64,000 nucleotides of DNA from Phaeosaccion multiseriatum (Eukaryota; Protista; Ochrophyta, other classes). Both the position numbers and the translations under genes were made by a program. Where the stretch lies: contig OZ218953.1 of the NCBI GenBank assembly GCA_965112735.1, forward strand, positions 4,154,001 to 4,218,000. The letters run 5' to 3'. Shown here one piece after another: positions 36,473-63,795 of this stretch; within the stretch, counting starts at the first letter, position 1; each line of letters begins with the position of its first letter. The notes below the pieces were generated by a model, which did no database searches, had not been told where the DNA came from, and worked only from the letters and a program-made list of their open reading frames with translations.

Positions 36473-39133
36473 ATGTCTTCTGCTCACGAGCCTGCGGACG
36501 TGGAGAGCGTCAGTAGCGGAATGGCCGTGACCTCGATTGGGTGAGTGCGGCTCCAGCAATTAAAAAGTGTCCACCCTGACCCCCTGACCATAAAAACTTT
36601 GCAGAGATACAGCTGGGACGGCTGACAGCAACGGGAGCAATGCCCTGGTAACGGTGGACCCATCCACCTCATCCTCCGGCAGAGGCAGGGGAGCAGTCCG
36701 TCGTGGGCGGCGGCAGAGGGTGGTGCGGAACAGGATTCCCGACGCCATCCTCAACGACTCTGCCCTGAACAAGGCCTTGAAGGAGGTGAGCGAATTACAT
36801 ATTGGCCATTTACCACCGGCTGTTGCTGCTTCTGGCTCGTCTAAGGAAGGAGTGTTGTTTGTGTTTGCCTTCGGCACGTCTCTGTGCCTCTCCTCTTTCC
36901 GCCACCCTTGAACTTTCTTCCCATGGTCGGGCCGCACCAAACTGTTGTTGCACGACATCTCAGGGTTTGCCCTCCAACTACAATTTCGAGATGCACAAGA
37001 CCATTTGGAAGATCCAAGAAGCCAAAGCACAACTCGTGGCCCTGCAGTTCCCCGAGGGACTGCTCATGTACTCATGCATCATCTCAGACATCCTCGAGCG
37101 CTTCGCACGCTGCCGCTGCGTCATTCTCGGGGACGTTACATACGGCGCGTGCTGCATCGACGATCTCACCGCGCAGGCCCTGGGGTGCGACTTACTGGTG
37201 CATTACGGCCACTCGTGTCTTGTGCCCATCGCCATGACCGCAGTCAAGGCGCTGTACGTCTTTGTGGAGATTGGCATCGATGTGGACCACCTCTGCGCCT
37301 GTGTGCGCAAGACTTTCCCACCATCACCACCATCCCAGAGCCATCCTCCTCCTCCTCCCCTTGCCACCCCAGAATCTACCCATAGCAGTAGTACAAGGTC
37401 TGACGAGGCAGCGGTGGATGGACGCGGAGTAAAAGGAGGAGGAGGAGGAGGAGGAGGAGGAGGAGGAGGAGGAGGAGGAGGAGGAGGAGGAGGAGGAGAA
37501 AGCGTGGCAGCAGGAATGGAAGGGATAGAGGCAGATACAGAGGGAGGGGAAGGGAAGGGTGTGGAACAGGAGGCGCCACAAAGCACCGAGAAGGGGCCGC
37601 AGGTCGGCCCACGAATAGCGCTCCTGGGCACCATTCAGTTCGCCGGGGCGGTGCATGAGGCTCGGCAGAAGCTCGGCTGCGACTACTCAAGCGTGGTTGT
37701 GCCGCAGGTGGGTGAGTAGGCAGAGAGATGGAGATATGGAAAGGGGGGGGGGGGGAGGGTGTTTGCGTCAGTGTAACGCTCCTCACCAACGTACTGGCCT
37801 TGCCACCATGGCCTTGCCACCATGGCTTGTCCATATACATGTTTTTTGTGTCGATGCGAACGTCTATTTTCATACAGGGCAAGCCTTTGTCCCCCGGGGA
37901 GGTGCTGGGCTGCACGAGCCCGGTGCTGACGGACTGTGATGTGCTCGTGTTTGTGGCCGACGGCCGCTTCCACCTTGAGGCCGCCATGATCCAGAACCCA
38001 ACCGTGCACCACTACCGATACAACCCCTACAACAAGGTCAGTACAGTCAGCTCGACTACGGCCACAGCTCAGCTACAGCCACAGCCACAACCACCGCTTT
38101 CAGCAACCACCACATTGAAACATGGCGAGTAACCCGCCCACCCACGCACCCACGCACCCACCCACCTCCTTGTCCTCGCACCAGGTCCTCTCTAGGGAGC
38201 ACTACGAGCACAGCAAGATGCGGTCGCTGCGAGCCGAGGCAGTGGACAGAGCCAAGGGGTCTCGCGTGGTGGGCATCGTGCTCGGGACCTTGGGCAGGCA
38301 GGGCAATCCGAACATACTCAAGCACGTGCGGGTAGGTGCAGGTGGGCAAGGGGATGGTAACATGGGCAGGGAAGGGAGGATACAGGGAGGGGTTGGAAAG
38401 AGGCAGAGGCAACGCGGCTGGCGGGCGTCCCCACTTGTTCTGCTGTTGTTGGCTCAAGGGATGTATGCTCCTATCCTAAACTTGTCTCCATGTGCCTCCA
38501 TGTGTGTGGTCTAAATCCGCCCCTCAGGATCTCATCAGCGCGTCTGGGCGGCGCCAGTCCTTCGTCATTTTGCTGAGCGAGGTGTTTCCCGCCAAGCTGG
38601 AGCTCTTCAGCAAGACCGTGGACGCTTGGGTGCAGATAGGTGGGTAGGTGGGCAGGTGAGGTAGGCGAGGGGGAGGCCGTCCGTGGCTGCCGAAAATAGA
38701 GGCATACGCACGCAGGCACGCACACACACCCACACGCACACACCCACATCTGCACACCCACACACACGCACACACACACACGCGCGCGCACACACACGCA
38801 CACATACACACACGCACACGCACATGCACACACACACCTGACTCTCGTCTTGTCTCATCTTGTCCCGTCCGTCCGTGCTATTTACTGCTGGCCAACCAAT
38901 CAACACCATCAATCAACCAACCAATCAACCAACCAATGGATCGAGGATCAGCGTGCCCTCGGTTGAGTATCGACTGGGGCCACTTCTTCGACAAGCCCGT
39001 GCTGAGTCCGTACGAGGCGGAGATCGCCTTCGGATCGGAGGAGTGGGCATCTACGTACCCCATGGACTTCTACCGCAGCGGGAGTGGCCCCTGGAGCAAC
39101 AAGCACCACAACTACATCGGGGGAAGCAAGTAG
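36473..39133 (+). CDS. DPH1: Diphthamide biosynthesis protein 1 (~530 aa)
   Basis: Exons 36473-36540, 36605-36785, 36964-37707, 37878-38036, 38185-38331, 38528-38639, 38952-39133 (1593 nt). Motifs [92 protein letters not shown]. Confidence 0.96.
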
Positions 39134-39417
39134 CACCACCACGGAATAATAATTGTGGCGCCACTGCAACGTGACGATGTATTCTGTACATTATTTAGTC
39201 TTCAGCACTACCTTCTTCATGCCCTTATACAGGGACATTTCTTCTGTCTTCAGCACTACCTTCTTCATGCCCTTATACAGGGAGGGGATGGATGCGCCTG
39301 CTCGATCCCCGCCCCCCCCGCGGTGGGCCCTTCCCATCCATCCATTCCTGTGGAACGGCCCACTCTCCCCACTCAAAGGGAAGGATGTATACAGTACACA
39401 ACATGACTCTCAAAAGG

Positions 39418-40738
39418 TCAAAGGTGCAGTTTGGGAGCGCTGTGCTTGGAGGCCCACGCTACGATGAACTTGAGATTCGAGGCCACGTACTTCATGGCCT
39501 TGGTCCAGTCCTCGGGGCTGTGCAGCAGGGCCACGGGCAGGTTGTTGATGGTGTCTGTGCTGTCGTTGATGGCGTAGGGCAGGCTCAGGGTGGGGTCGTG
39601 CCTACCTACAAACTCTCCTGTTTCGTACAGGCAGTGCAAGAAAGCCTGTGGGTGCGTGCGTGCGTGGGGGGTGGGGGCAGAAGGAAGGAACGAAAGAGCC
39701 ATGAGGCGGGGGCAGCGGCCAAGATGAGGAAAATTAGGATAGGTGCGGCTTCATTTCGTTCGGCGAGATGGCATAGCAGCCTTCCTTGTTTCCTTCCTTC
39801 ACCCTATCCTTTCGGTTCAGACCGCACAGCGAGGGAGGCTCTTTGCTCTTCATGTGGTGGGTCCAGACACACTCCCTTCCCTTCCCCCTCCTCCCTCCCC
39901 CCCCCCCTGCGGGCGCGGTCATCCGCCCTTTCCTTCCCCTTCCCCTTCCGCCCGTTGCTGTGGCACCTCTGTCATGACCCCTTCCCATCCCACCTTGAGG
40001 GCGTTGTTGAAGTTCCGCTTCGGGAAGATACTGAAGCTCTCCTCCTGATACAAGTTGTACAAGATGCGCTTGTCCTCCTTGCGCGCAATCTTGCTGTAAC
40101 TGCCCAAAGGAACCACCAGGTACTTTGTGTGCGTCAGGCCTGGGCACACACATACACGCGCGCACAGACCCGGTACAGAACCAGCGAGCCAAGGCAAGAC
40201 GAACGACGAAGAGGACAGACAGACACACAGACAGACATACAGACACATGGATTGAGAGCAAGCCAAGGGGGAAGCTGTGTATCCATCGCTCATTCTCCTG
40301 ACTTGAAAATTACCATTTGCCATCTGCTTTCTCTTGACCCCACCCCCAAGCAACCAAAGCAACAGTCCCAGTCGCCCCCCCCCCCCTTCCCGTGGCCCCT
40401 CTTCGGCTACAGGGCCTTGTTCTGTGTCGCGTCTTACCCATCTGTTTCGAGGCGGCAGTGAGCACCAGAGCAGCCTGCCCCAGCGCCGCATTCACCTCAA
40501 ACCAGCCCACCGTGTTCTGCCCACTCAGCCTGCCGAGACGGAACCCGTTGATGGTGGCGTATGGCCCCTGATGCCAGATGTGGAAGCAGTCCCCGAGGGA
40601 GTGCAAGTGCATCAGAGCCTCGAGACGCGCCGCGAGGAGGCCGTTCCTCCCCTCCAAAGAGTCGAACTCCTCCCTGGCCGCTTCCCTCGCCGCCTCTGCA
40701 TGGCCAACCTTCCTCTCCATCTCCACCCTTTTTTGTTT

Positions 40739-40785
<47 letters not shown>

Positions 40786-41401
40786 GATGATGATGATGAT
40801 GCGTGGAGGAGGGAAGCAAAACAAAACCAAAAAACCCGGCAAAGCGGCACATTAAATAAGAAGCGCGACGCCACTACACCTCGCTGGCCACTTGTGCAAA
40901 ACGTGTCTCCCTTTTCCCTTGCAAGGGAGGCAGCGCTCCGAAATTCCAGCCGGCGCTCGCTCACCTGCACGCGTCTAGGCGCTCCACCGTCAAGGCCAGC
41001 AGCTCCCGCTTTCGGCGCACCTCCTCTCTCTCCCTCCGAGCACTCGCCAAAGCGTCCTGCAGCCGCTGCTCCTCTCTGTCCGCCGGGCTCGTCAATGGAG
41101 GTGAGGCTCCTCCTCGATTGCCTCCCCTCTCCGGGCCCTTGCCCTGCACAGTGTCGCCCACAGACACATCGCCCACAGCCTGCAGCATACCCTGCAGTAA
41201 AGGCACGCCGTCATTCCGCTCATTGTTATTGTTGGTCTGGACTTGTCCACGATGCCCCCCGTTGGTCCCTCCTCCTCCTCCTCCTCCTCCCGCGGCTCCT
41301 GATGGCCTGCAGCCCGACTCGCTACGGAGAGCAGTGAGGGCCTCCCGGTACTGCCGAGTGCGAAGTGCCGACCGCTCCAGGCGCCCCTCCAGCTCCCTCA
41401 T
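39418..41401 (-). CDS. ATG6: Autophagy protein ATG6/Beclin-1 (coiled coil + BARA domain, ~366 aa as modelled)
   Basis: Exons 41401-40965, 40727-40438, 40139-39994, 39645-39418 (1101 nt). Motifs DCFHIWHQGPYATINGFRLGRL, VGWFEVNAALGQAALVL, KYLVVPLGSYSKI, FNNALKAFLHCL, LPYAI, WTKAMKYVASNLKFIVAW. 5' end uncertain. Confidence 0.88.
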
Positions 41402-41938
41402 CTGAATGGAAAGGAGGGGGGAGCGAGAGATGATCAAGGTCTTTGCTAAATCGACATTAAATCTAGACCCTCTACTTTCTTGACCCCCTTGGGGACCTGC
41501 GGCTGAGCTTCAGTTTTGTGTCGCCAGAGACAGTGCCAGTTCTCCTCTTCCCGCCATTCTTCCACAAGGTGAGGGAAGCTGAGCGTGAAGGCTTTGCTGC
41601 TTCTGCTCCTGTGGGCGCTAAAGCCCATTAACCCCCCCCCCCCCCGGTGGTCCAGAACCTTACCTTCGTCCCCCGAGCTGTACACTATATCCCCCCTCCT
41701 CTTTCTCTTCCTCTTTCCCTTGCCCCACCTCTTGCCCGCCCTCCTCCTTCTGCCCTTCCCCCTCTTGCCTACTCTTTGCCTGCTCTCTGGCGCTGTTTCG
41801 TCTTCCTGGCGCGGGACCCTTCCTTCTCTCCTTGTATCCTCCGCAACACCTCAACTCCGCCCTCGTGTCCGTTGCCCCCGGCCGCCCCCTGACGGAACAA
41901 CGTCTCTTTCTCAGGTATCTCTATCGCCAAGGTCCGCC

Positions 41939-43789
41939 ATGGCAAGGTTCCCGGATAGTGCGCAGCAGGAGATGGCGAATGCGATGAAGAGGGGCATGGT
42001 GCCCAATCCGCCGCCGCCAGTGGCTTCAACGGCAACGGCAGTCCGACCGCCAGGCCAAAGGTTTGACGAGGGATTAGCAGCAGGTCCAGGACCGGCAGCT
42101 GGAGCAGCTGCGATAGCTCCAGGAGGAGCCGCAGCCCTCATGCCCTCATCGTCCGCAGCAGCAGCGCAGGCAGCACATGCAGCAGCGACGGCCGCCGGAA
42201 TGGGGGCCCTGCAGGGTCCGGTGGCCGACCCTGTTCCTCCTGTCAGGCCAGAGGGAGTGCGTGGCGGAGACGGAGTGGGGCCGACGGGAGAGGCAATTTT
42301 GATCGGAATGAGGGGAGGAGGAGGACAAGGAGGACAAGGAGGACAAGGAGCAGCACCAGGAGGAGGATTGGGAGCAGGAGGATTGGGAGCAGGAGGGGTA
42401 GGAGCACCAGGAGGAGGATTGGGAGCAGGAGGGTTGAGTGGTGGTGGTGGTGGTGGTGGTGGAGGAGGAGGAGGTATGGGAGGAGGAGGAGCGATAGGAG
42501 GAGGAGGTATGGGGGGAGGAGGAGGAATGGGAGGTGGAGGGGGCGGATTGGGAGGAGGAGGGGGAGGGCAACTCGTAGGAGGAGGAGGAGGAGGAGGAGG
42601 AGGAGGGGGAGGGCAAATCGGAGGAGGAGGAGGGCAAATGGGAGGTGGAGGAGGAGGATTGGAAGGAGGAGGGGGGGTGGTGGTAGCAGCCGCTGCAGCC
42701 GCTGCGGCTGCGGCTGCGGCAGCAGTAGCAGCTGTGGGAGGAGAAAGCACCATGGCAAATGGACTTGGAGGGAACGGAGGAGGACCGGCAGCGGATTCCA
42801 ATGGAGGAGAGGCCGCTGCCGCCCCGGCAATGGTACCTCAGTCGTCAGCAGCAGCCATCGCAGCAGGAGCGTCCGTAGCCGCAGCAGCTGTAGCGGCCGA
42901 AGCAGACGCAGGGAGGGGCGCAGTCGGAGGAGGAGACGTCTCCAAGCAGCAGACCGGGGGGGGGCGCGTCAAGAAGATCTGCAAGCATGACGGCTGCACC
43001 AATAACTCTGTCAAGCAGGGCGTGTGTGTGCGGCACGGGGCGCAGGTCAAGAGCAAGCGCTGCTCCTCGGAGGGATGCCCCAATGGAGCCGTCAAGGGCG
43101 GCGTGTGTGTTCGACACGGAGCGCAGGTCCGGAGATGCAAGAAAGAGGGCTGCCAGAAGCAAGCGCAGAAGGACGGCGTGTGCATCCGCCACGGCGCGAC
43201 CGTCAAGAAGTGCTCGGCGGAGGGGTGCACCCGCTTCTCGGTCAAGGGCGGGGTCTGCGTGACCCACGGCGCTGTGGTGAAGCGATGCAAGATAGAGGGC
43301 TGCACCAACCAGGTGCAGACCGGAGGGGTGTGCATTCGACACGGCGCGGCAGTCAAGTTCAAGCGCTGCATTGCGGAAGGGTGCCCCAAGTTCTCCGTCA
43401 AGGGCAGGATGTGTGTCAAGCACGGAGCCGTGGTGCCTCGGTGCAACGAGGAAGGCTGCCAGAACCAGCGCCAGAAGGGCGGACTCTGCTTCCGACACGG
43501 AGCGCCTGCCCTCAAGAAGCGCCCACGCCCCGCCGAGGCTCCCTCCGCCGTGAGTCGCAGCAAGATGAGCAAGGGCATGGCGGAGGATGGAGTGTCGGGA
43601 CTGGCGGGCCTGGCGGCAGGGGCAGGGGCGGAGTCTGCGGCGGCTGCGGCGGCTGCGGCGGCCACCAAGGGAGCGGCGGCCTTCCCTCCACAGCCCCCCC
43701 TGGCGTCGACGCCCTCTGCCTCTGCACCTCAGCAGCACGGGCAGGGGGGGTCCATGCAGCAGAGTCCAACCCCCCAGCACCAGCAGCAC

Positions 43790-43821
<32 letters not shown>

Positions 43822-44374
43822 GCAGGGGGTGATGGACGGAGGAGACGGGAGGACAGCAGCGGTCATGGCGGCGGCCGCGGCCAATGCAGCAGCCGGGACC
43901 CTGCCTGGAGGAGTAGGACAAGGAGGGCGAGGGCCAGAGATGCCCCCCCAGCAGCCCGGGACGGGACCGGCGACCATGGTGAACCGCCTCGTCAACCCCC
44001 GCCACCACCTCATGCCCGCCACAGTCACGGGCCCGGGGGCAGCGCTGCGAGCTGCCGCTGCGGCGTTGGACAAGGGCAACGGCAGTGCCCCCCTTCTCTC
44101 CACCGGAGGGGCCCCGACGAGCTTGCTCACCACAAGCTTGCTCGCCAGGGCTGCTCCTCCCCCTCCCACTGCGGCCGGCCCCACCGGCGGCCCCCTCAAT
44201 GGAGGCGGAGGCCCCGGGGGTGGAGGCGGAGGCCCCGGGGGTGGAGGCCCCGGCCCGTCGCCCACGGCTGCCTTGGGCCTCATGGCTGCTGCGGCGGGCT
44301 CGGCTGGAGCTTCGGCTGCGGCTGCCCCCGTGTCGGGATCGACCGTCACCACCTCTTCCAGGCAGCCAGAGTAG
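41939..44374 (+). CDS. WRKY19-like zinc-finger repeat protein (7 x C-x4-C-x9-C-x2-H) flanked by Gly/Ala/Gln low-complexity regions
   Basis: Single exon from ATG 41939. Repeats such as CKHDGCTNNSVKQGVCVRHG and CSSEGCPNGAVKGGVCVRHG at ~42980-43500; no true WRKY domain seen. Confidence 0.88.
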
Positions 44375-45903
44375 TGTGACTCGACCTCTCCCTCTCTCCT
44401 CGCTCTGAAGAGGAGAAAGTTGCTTGGGTCAGGGGCGGTTCAAGTGAAGGGGGTTGCTGTAGGGGCGGCCAAATCAAAATCTCTTTCGCCCAGCAAGGAG
44501 TGGGGGCCGAGAGAGAGAGAGAGAGAGAGCGAGAGAGACGGAGAGAGATATGGGGGAGTGGGAGGAAGAATGAGGAGCGATGCGATGCCGGCCGTGAGTG
44601 GGGCAGGGGGACATGGCGTGTGGGTGGGGCGAGGAGGAAGGCAGGAGGGATCCGGCTGTGCTGGAAGGGGGATGTGAGATGGGGTAGGAAGGGAAAAGGA
44701 CGGGGCAAAGAGGGGCTCGAATGGTGCTTGTGGGGGCGGGGACTTGTATGTCGCCAGGCGAATCACCACACACACAGAGAGAGAGAGAGCGCAGAACCAC
44801 AACAACTGGGTCGCTGGTCGCTTTAAAGTCGTCAGAGGATAAAAGAGCCGTTGGACCACCAAGCCGCTGCAAGGGCGCCACCAACGTTGAGCTGAGCTGA
44901 ATTCGGACTTGTTAGTTACTGTACTCCCGAGCGGAAGAGAGCTGTGAGGAACGTCCGAATTCATCTCAATGCTCGTGACGCCCTTCGGCAAGGGCTTTTG
45001 GTCGGGTCCATGTGCAAGTCCTGGACATGCACATGCATGCGTGCAGTATGAATCAAACCAAGGAAGGCCATACGTGCGTGGTCTGACAGCAAGGCGTAGG
45101 GGTGCATGGAAGAAGGAAGGACTTGCACATGTCGGGGGAAGGGAGAGAGCCAAGGGATGAGGGGGTGGGTGGAGGCGGGTAGCAAAGGGGGCAGCCAGGC
45201 CTGGAAGTGTCAGTCTCGTCGTCAAAACTTTCAAGAGCAGCACAGCACGGCGCATTGGGGGGGGTGCAACAGGTTCGAAACAAGTCTGCTTTGAAAGAAC
45301 GAAGATAACAGAAAAGAAGAAATCCTAAATACATTCAAACAATCACCTATACTACCTACAGCCTTTTGTCAGCGCGATGATAACTCTGAACAGAGGTTGG
45401 CGTGTGTGTGTGCGTGTGCGTGGGCGCGTGCATGTGGCGCCTCTTCCAGAGAGCCGCTCCGCAGGCCCAAGAGGGAAAGAGGGACGCCAAAGAGGGACGC
45501 CCTCCTCTCTTATCTCCTCCTCCACCCCACGTGCGTCATGCCGGTCCTCCCCTCCTCCCCTCTTAGCGTTGCGTCATCATCTCCGTGGCGTTGTGTGCTT
45601 CCACGGCAGCTGCAACGGCTTCAGCTTCAATCACCGCCCCCGTCCACCAAAAATTTCAATACTTCCAACTGTACAACACTAATTCACAAAATAATAAAAT
45701 AATACCCCCCACGTTCCCCCTCCCCTCCCCAAATTAAATTGATACCTCTCCCTACCCTCCACCCCAGCCACGCTCGGCTGGCGTCCCGAACGCAATACTT
45801 GTACCGTAACCTCCCTCCGTTCGCCTCACCAATCACCAACAACAGACAGACCCCCACCCCATTCGCCTTAAGGTACTGTAAGGGTTCTACGGTGGCGAAG
45901 ACC

Positions 45904-59934
<14,031 letters not shown>

Positions 59935-60109
59935 GACTCCGTACACGATGAAGACAATAGATTCCGTATACCAAGACAATAGAGCCGCACCGAGAAAAAA
60001 AATCGCGTGTTGGTGACTCGGACTCGATTTCACAGCTGGTCGGCAGACAGGGAGGAGGAGGAGGAAGGTACAGTTGTAAAGATTCATCGAACAATCTCTT
60101 AAATCTGGT
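59935..60109. promoter_or_regulatory. Probable bidirectional promoter and 5' UTRs between CHLH and the ABCB transporter
   Basis: Only 175 nt between the divergent start codons (59934 on -, 60110 on +). Inferred from geometry; no motif identified. Confidence 0.55.
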
Positions 60110-61594
60110 ATGGGAAGGTGTCGAGGAGGGCGGACCGTAGCGGGTCTGCTTGGCCTGGCATTTGCAGGCACTTTCCCCCCAGAGATTCAAAGCTTTTCTG
60201 CTGGGAGCGTGGTACCACGACGCGCAGGCCCAGCACTGCGTCTGTCAAAAGGCTCATACGATGTGGGTAGAAGGGTGGGGGGGAAACATGGTGGTGAGGG
60301 AGGGAGCAAGGGAGGGAAGTGGCTGGTTGGAGAGGGCAAGCAGCAGCGACGAACCTTTGTGAGTCTAATACGGGGCCTGAACCAAGGGAGCGGCGGTGGG
60401 GAGGAGGGGAATGTCAGAAGCCTGAGGGTGTGCGTACCGACAGGTCCATCCCGCCACAAACGCTTCGCTGGGGTCGTCGCAAAGCTGCTCGGAAGCGCCA
60501 CGAGCCGGGCAAGTGGAGCAGGCAGAGCGTCGACACGCCGCCTTTTGGGCCAGAGGAGGGCGACGACAGTGCTCGGTAAGTTGCAAGAAGGAGGAAGTTG
60601 CTCTTGGCTTTACAGGGAGTCTTGCTGATACAACGAAACTCAATCTCCAGCAGCCCTGCACGAGGAGCTTTCATCTTGCCTCCTCCTCAAGTGGCCCGCC
60701 TCAAGGGCTGAGTCTATCGGGTTGGAGCGTAACCATCCTTTGACTACAGCTACCGTGTACCGTTCTCTCTCATCATCCCTTTCTCGCCCTCTCAATCCCC
60801 CTCCCTCCCCCCCTACTGCCCTGACGCGTGATGGATTGTACAGGATCCACTGCCATTGCCCTATCAGAAGAAGGAGACACAGGAAAAAGTGCCGCGAAAA
60901 AGGCAAAGGCCAAACCTTTCTTTCCTGGTGTGGACGGCGGAAAGAGCAAGGGGAGGGAAGGGCCAGAGGGAGAGGCGGGGGCATGGCTTGTGTCGCCCAG
61001 CAGCGGAGTCACGGCAGATGCCATCAATAGGACGATGAGGAACCTCCTGCGGCCGGCGCGGTGGGATATCGCCAAGGCCACCGTGTTTGTGAGTAAGGGG
61101 AGGGAAGGAGAAGACAAGGGGTCGAGCGGCGAGAGATCAATTGTGCTGCTGCCTGTTGTGCTGTCCTGTGCTATACATACCGGAGGGGAAACGGGTCACG
61201 ATAGTAGCCTTAATGTCTTCCTGCCACCCTCCCCCCTCGTTCCTTGCTTCTGATTGCCCCCCCCCCCCCTCTGCTTTGCGCGCCACCCGCTCCATACCCT
61301 CAAGGCTTTCGTGGGGACGGCCGCCGCGCTGTGCATGCCACTGGGCCTGGCGAGAGTACTCACCGTCCTTTTGCAACCCACTCTTGTGGTGGAGGGTGAG
61401 CTAAACGTAGTAACAAAGGCCTACAAGGAAACATATACGAAGCATGTCCGTCTCTCTGGGCCGCGCTGGCACGTGACTAAGGCCTTTTGCGGTTCGGTAG
61501 GCAGGTGGTCGGGTGGCTTTCTCTACGTCATGAGTGTGTGACCATGCCCTCCGGCCCCCCTGCCCCCCTCCCCTCCCTGCCTCACATACATACA

Positions 61595-61638
<44 letters not shown>

Positions 61639-62786
61639 TTCGTGCAGGCTGCGGCGGGCTTGGCGGTGCTGTACACTGTCGAGCCCATCATGACCTTCCT
61701 GTACGTCACCAGGTCCGTGTGTGTGTGTGTGTGTGAGTGTGTGTATGTACTCATTTGGTTGGTACGATCTGTATGTCTAACTCCGTGACGGGAGGGGGGC
61801 AGCCGCTTCTGGACTGTCTTTGAACGCTCCCCTCCTCACCCTGACCCTCTCGTCCTTCCCCACTACTTCCTCACTGGAAACTACATGTACTCAGTACTTG
61901 CTGTTTGTGTATGTAAACCAAGTTGTGTAACCCCCCCCCCTCCCCCTCCCGTCGGTTTCCGCCTCTGTGACGGATGGGTAGGATGACGCGTGTAGCCGAG
62001 AGCTTCGTTCGGGGCTTGAAGGAGAAGGCTTTCCGCGCACTGCTCGATAAGGTCTGTCCGTCCATCGGTACCCGCAGTCGGTACTCGGCACTCGGTAGTT
62101 GGTAGTCGTCCCCTCGATGCCCCGACTTGCACTCACGCCTTTGTATCCTTTTGTACCTAACCCCCCTGCTGCTGGCGGCGCTGCTGGCGGCAGGACATCA
62201 GCTTCTTCGATAGGACGTCGTCTGGAGAGATCACCGCTGCCGTGACGTCAGACATCGCGGCTGTCAAGGTAAGTGTAAGTGTACGTGTGTGCCACAGGTT
62301 CGTGTAGAGAGAGAGAGGTTCAAGCTGGCACACGCACACACGCACACAAACACACACACCAGACGACCACGGCCGCGCCGCTTCCCGCCGCCCAGTCGAA
62401 GGCGCCGCGCAGTCTAGCCTGTGTCCGCCCTAAGAGAACTCCCTCCTCTTGCCTCTCCTCTATCTTGCCCCCCTTGTCCTTGTGCCGTGACGTGACCTCG
62501 TTGCGCCGCCGCTGCCCGCCGCTGCTGCCCCCCCCCCCCCCCTCTGTCTAGGCTGCCCTGCAAATGAACCTGCAGCGAGACCGAGGAATCCGAGCCGTCA
62601 TGGAGACCATCATGGGCATGTCTGTGTTGCTCGCGGTACGTCACGTGAAGCCCAATGCCCTCGTGTACTTACTCTATTGCCCCTTCAGCCCGATGTACAT
62701 ACATGCGGTGTCTTTTCCGTCTCTTGTCTTTTGCTTCTTGCCTCACCACCTTACGTTCGCATGTCAATGTGTGTGTGTGTGTGCGT

Positions 62787-62827
<41 letters not shown>

Positions 62828-63795
62828 TGTGTGTATTGGGGATGCAGGTTCAGTTCCAGCTCGCGTGGATCTTTGCATTAGGTGGGTGAGAGGGAGGTAC
62901 CGGGCATGCATGCATGCGTGTGTGCACTCCTGCGCTCGTCGGGGGAGATGGTCATGACCGCGCGATTTTTGTCCGCTCTCATCACGTGGACTGTCTCACT
63001 CCATACGGCAAGCTTTCCCTCCATCACACACACACACAGCTTGTGGATCTCAAGTCTTTGCTGTGGACTGGCCGCCTGCGCCTGCGCCTGCCTGTCTGTC
63101 TGTCTACCTGCCGGCCTGGCTGCCTGCCTGCCTCCCTGCCGGCCTGCCTGCCTTTCTTTCTTCCTTCCTGCTTGTCCTGAAAAACGCAGTGATTCCGGTG
63201 GTCGCGTACGGGCTGGCGGAGTCCCGCAAGAAGCTGCAGACCCTCGCGGGAGAGGAGGGCGAGAGCGTGGCCAAGGAGCAGGGCATCGCGTCCGAGGTGC
63301 GGTGTGCGCTAGGAAGGGCCTTGGAAGGGGCTTGGAAGGGGCTTGGAAGGGGCTTGGAAGGGGCTTGGAAGGGGCTTGGAAGGGGCTTGGAAGGGGCTTG
63401 GAAGGGGCTTGGAAGGGCCTTGGAAGGGGCTTGGAAGGGGCTTGGAAGGGGCTTGGAAGGGGCTTGGGGGTTGAGGGATGGGGATGTTGGAAGAGAGGAG
63501 GGAGGGAGGAGCCGGCAGGCTGAGAACAAGACTGGGAGGGAGGAAGCCCCCCCTTGAAAGCAGCAGCTGCATCGAGGACGGGAGAGTGGAGAGTGGGGAG
63601 GGATGGATGTGAGTCTGGCTCTGCCCTCTGCTCTGGGCCCTCTGCTCTGGGCTCGGGATGAGACGCCGTTCTACCTATTCCGGTGTTTTTTTATTTTCGA
63701 ACCTTCCTCCCCCCCCCCCCTGCGTTCCTCTCCTCTCCATCGCTCCTCTCCACAGATTGTGCGGAACATCCGCGAGGTGCGATCGTTCGGCACAG
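60110..63795 (+). CDS. ABC transporter subfamily B half-transporter, ABCB28/NAP8-like, 5' part (TMD); continues beyond the right edge
   Basis: Exons 60110-60575, 60844-61088, 61305-61395, 61637-61712, 61982-62051, 62194-62268, 62552-62635, 62848-62881, 63190-63296, 63756-63795. Motifs LYTVEPIMTFLYV, AFRALLDKDISFFDRTSSGEITAAVTSDI, NLQRDRGIRAVME (RDRG recalls plant ABCB28), IASEIVRNIREVRSFG. Long basic N-terminal leader. Confidence 0.85.
63312..63468. repeat. 11-nt minisatellite (GGAAGGGGCTT, ~14 copies) near the donor of ABC intron 9
   Basis: Directly visible; begins ~15 nt after the donor at 63297. Confidence 0.95.

Noticed and set aside
25442-41401. Phosphoinositide-themed cluster (Tubby, PX-PH, ATG6)
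   Set aside because: The genes are interleaved with unrelated ones (PWWP, DPH1), and nothing distinguishes the grouping from chance.
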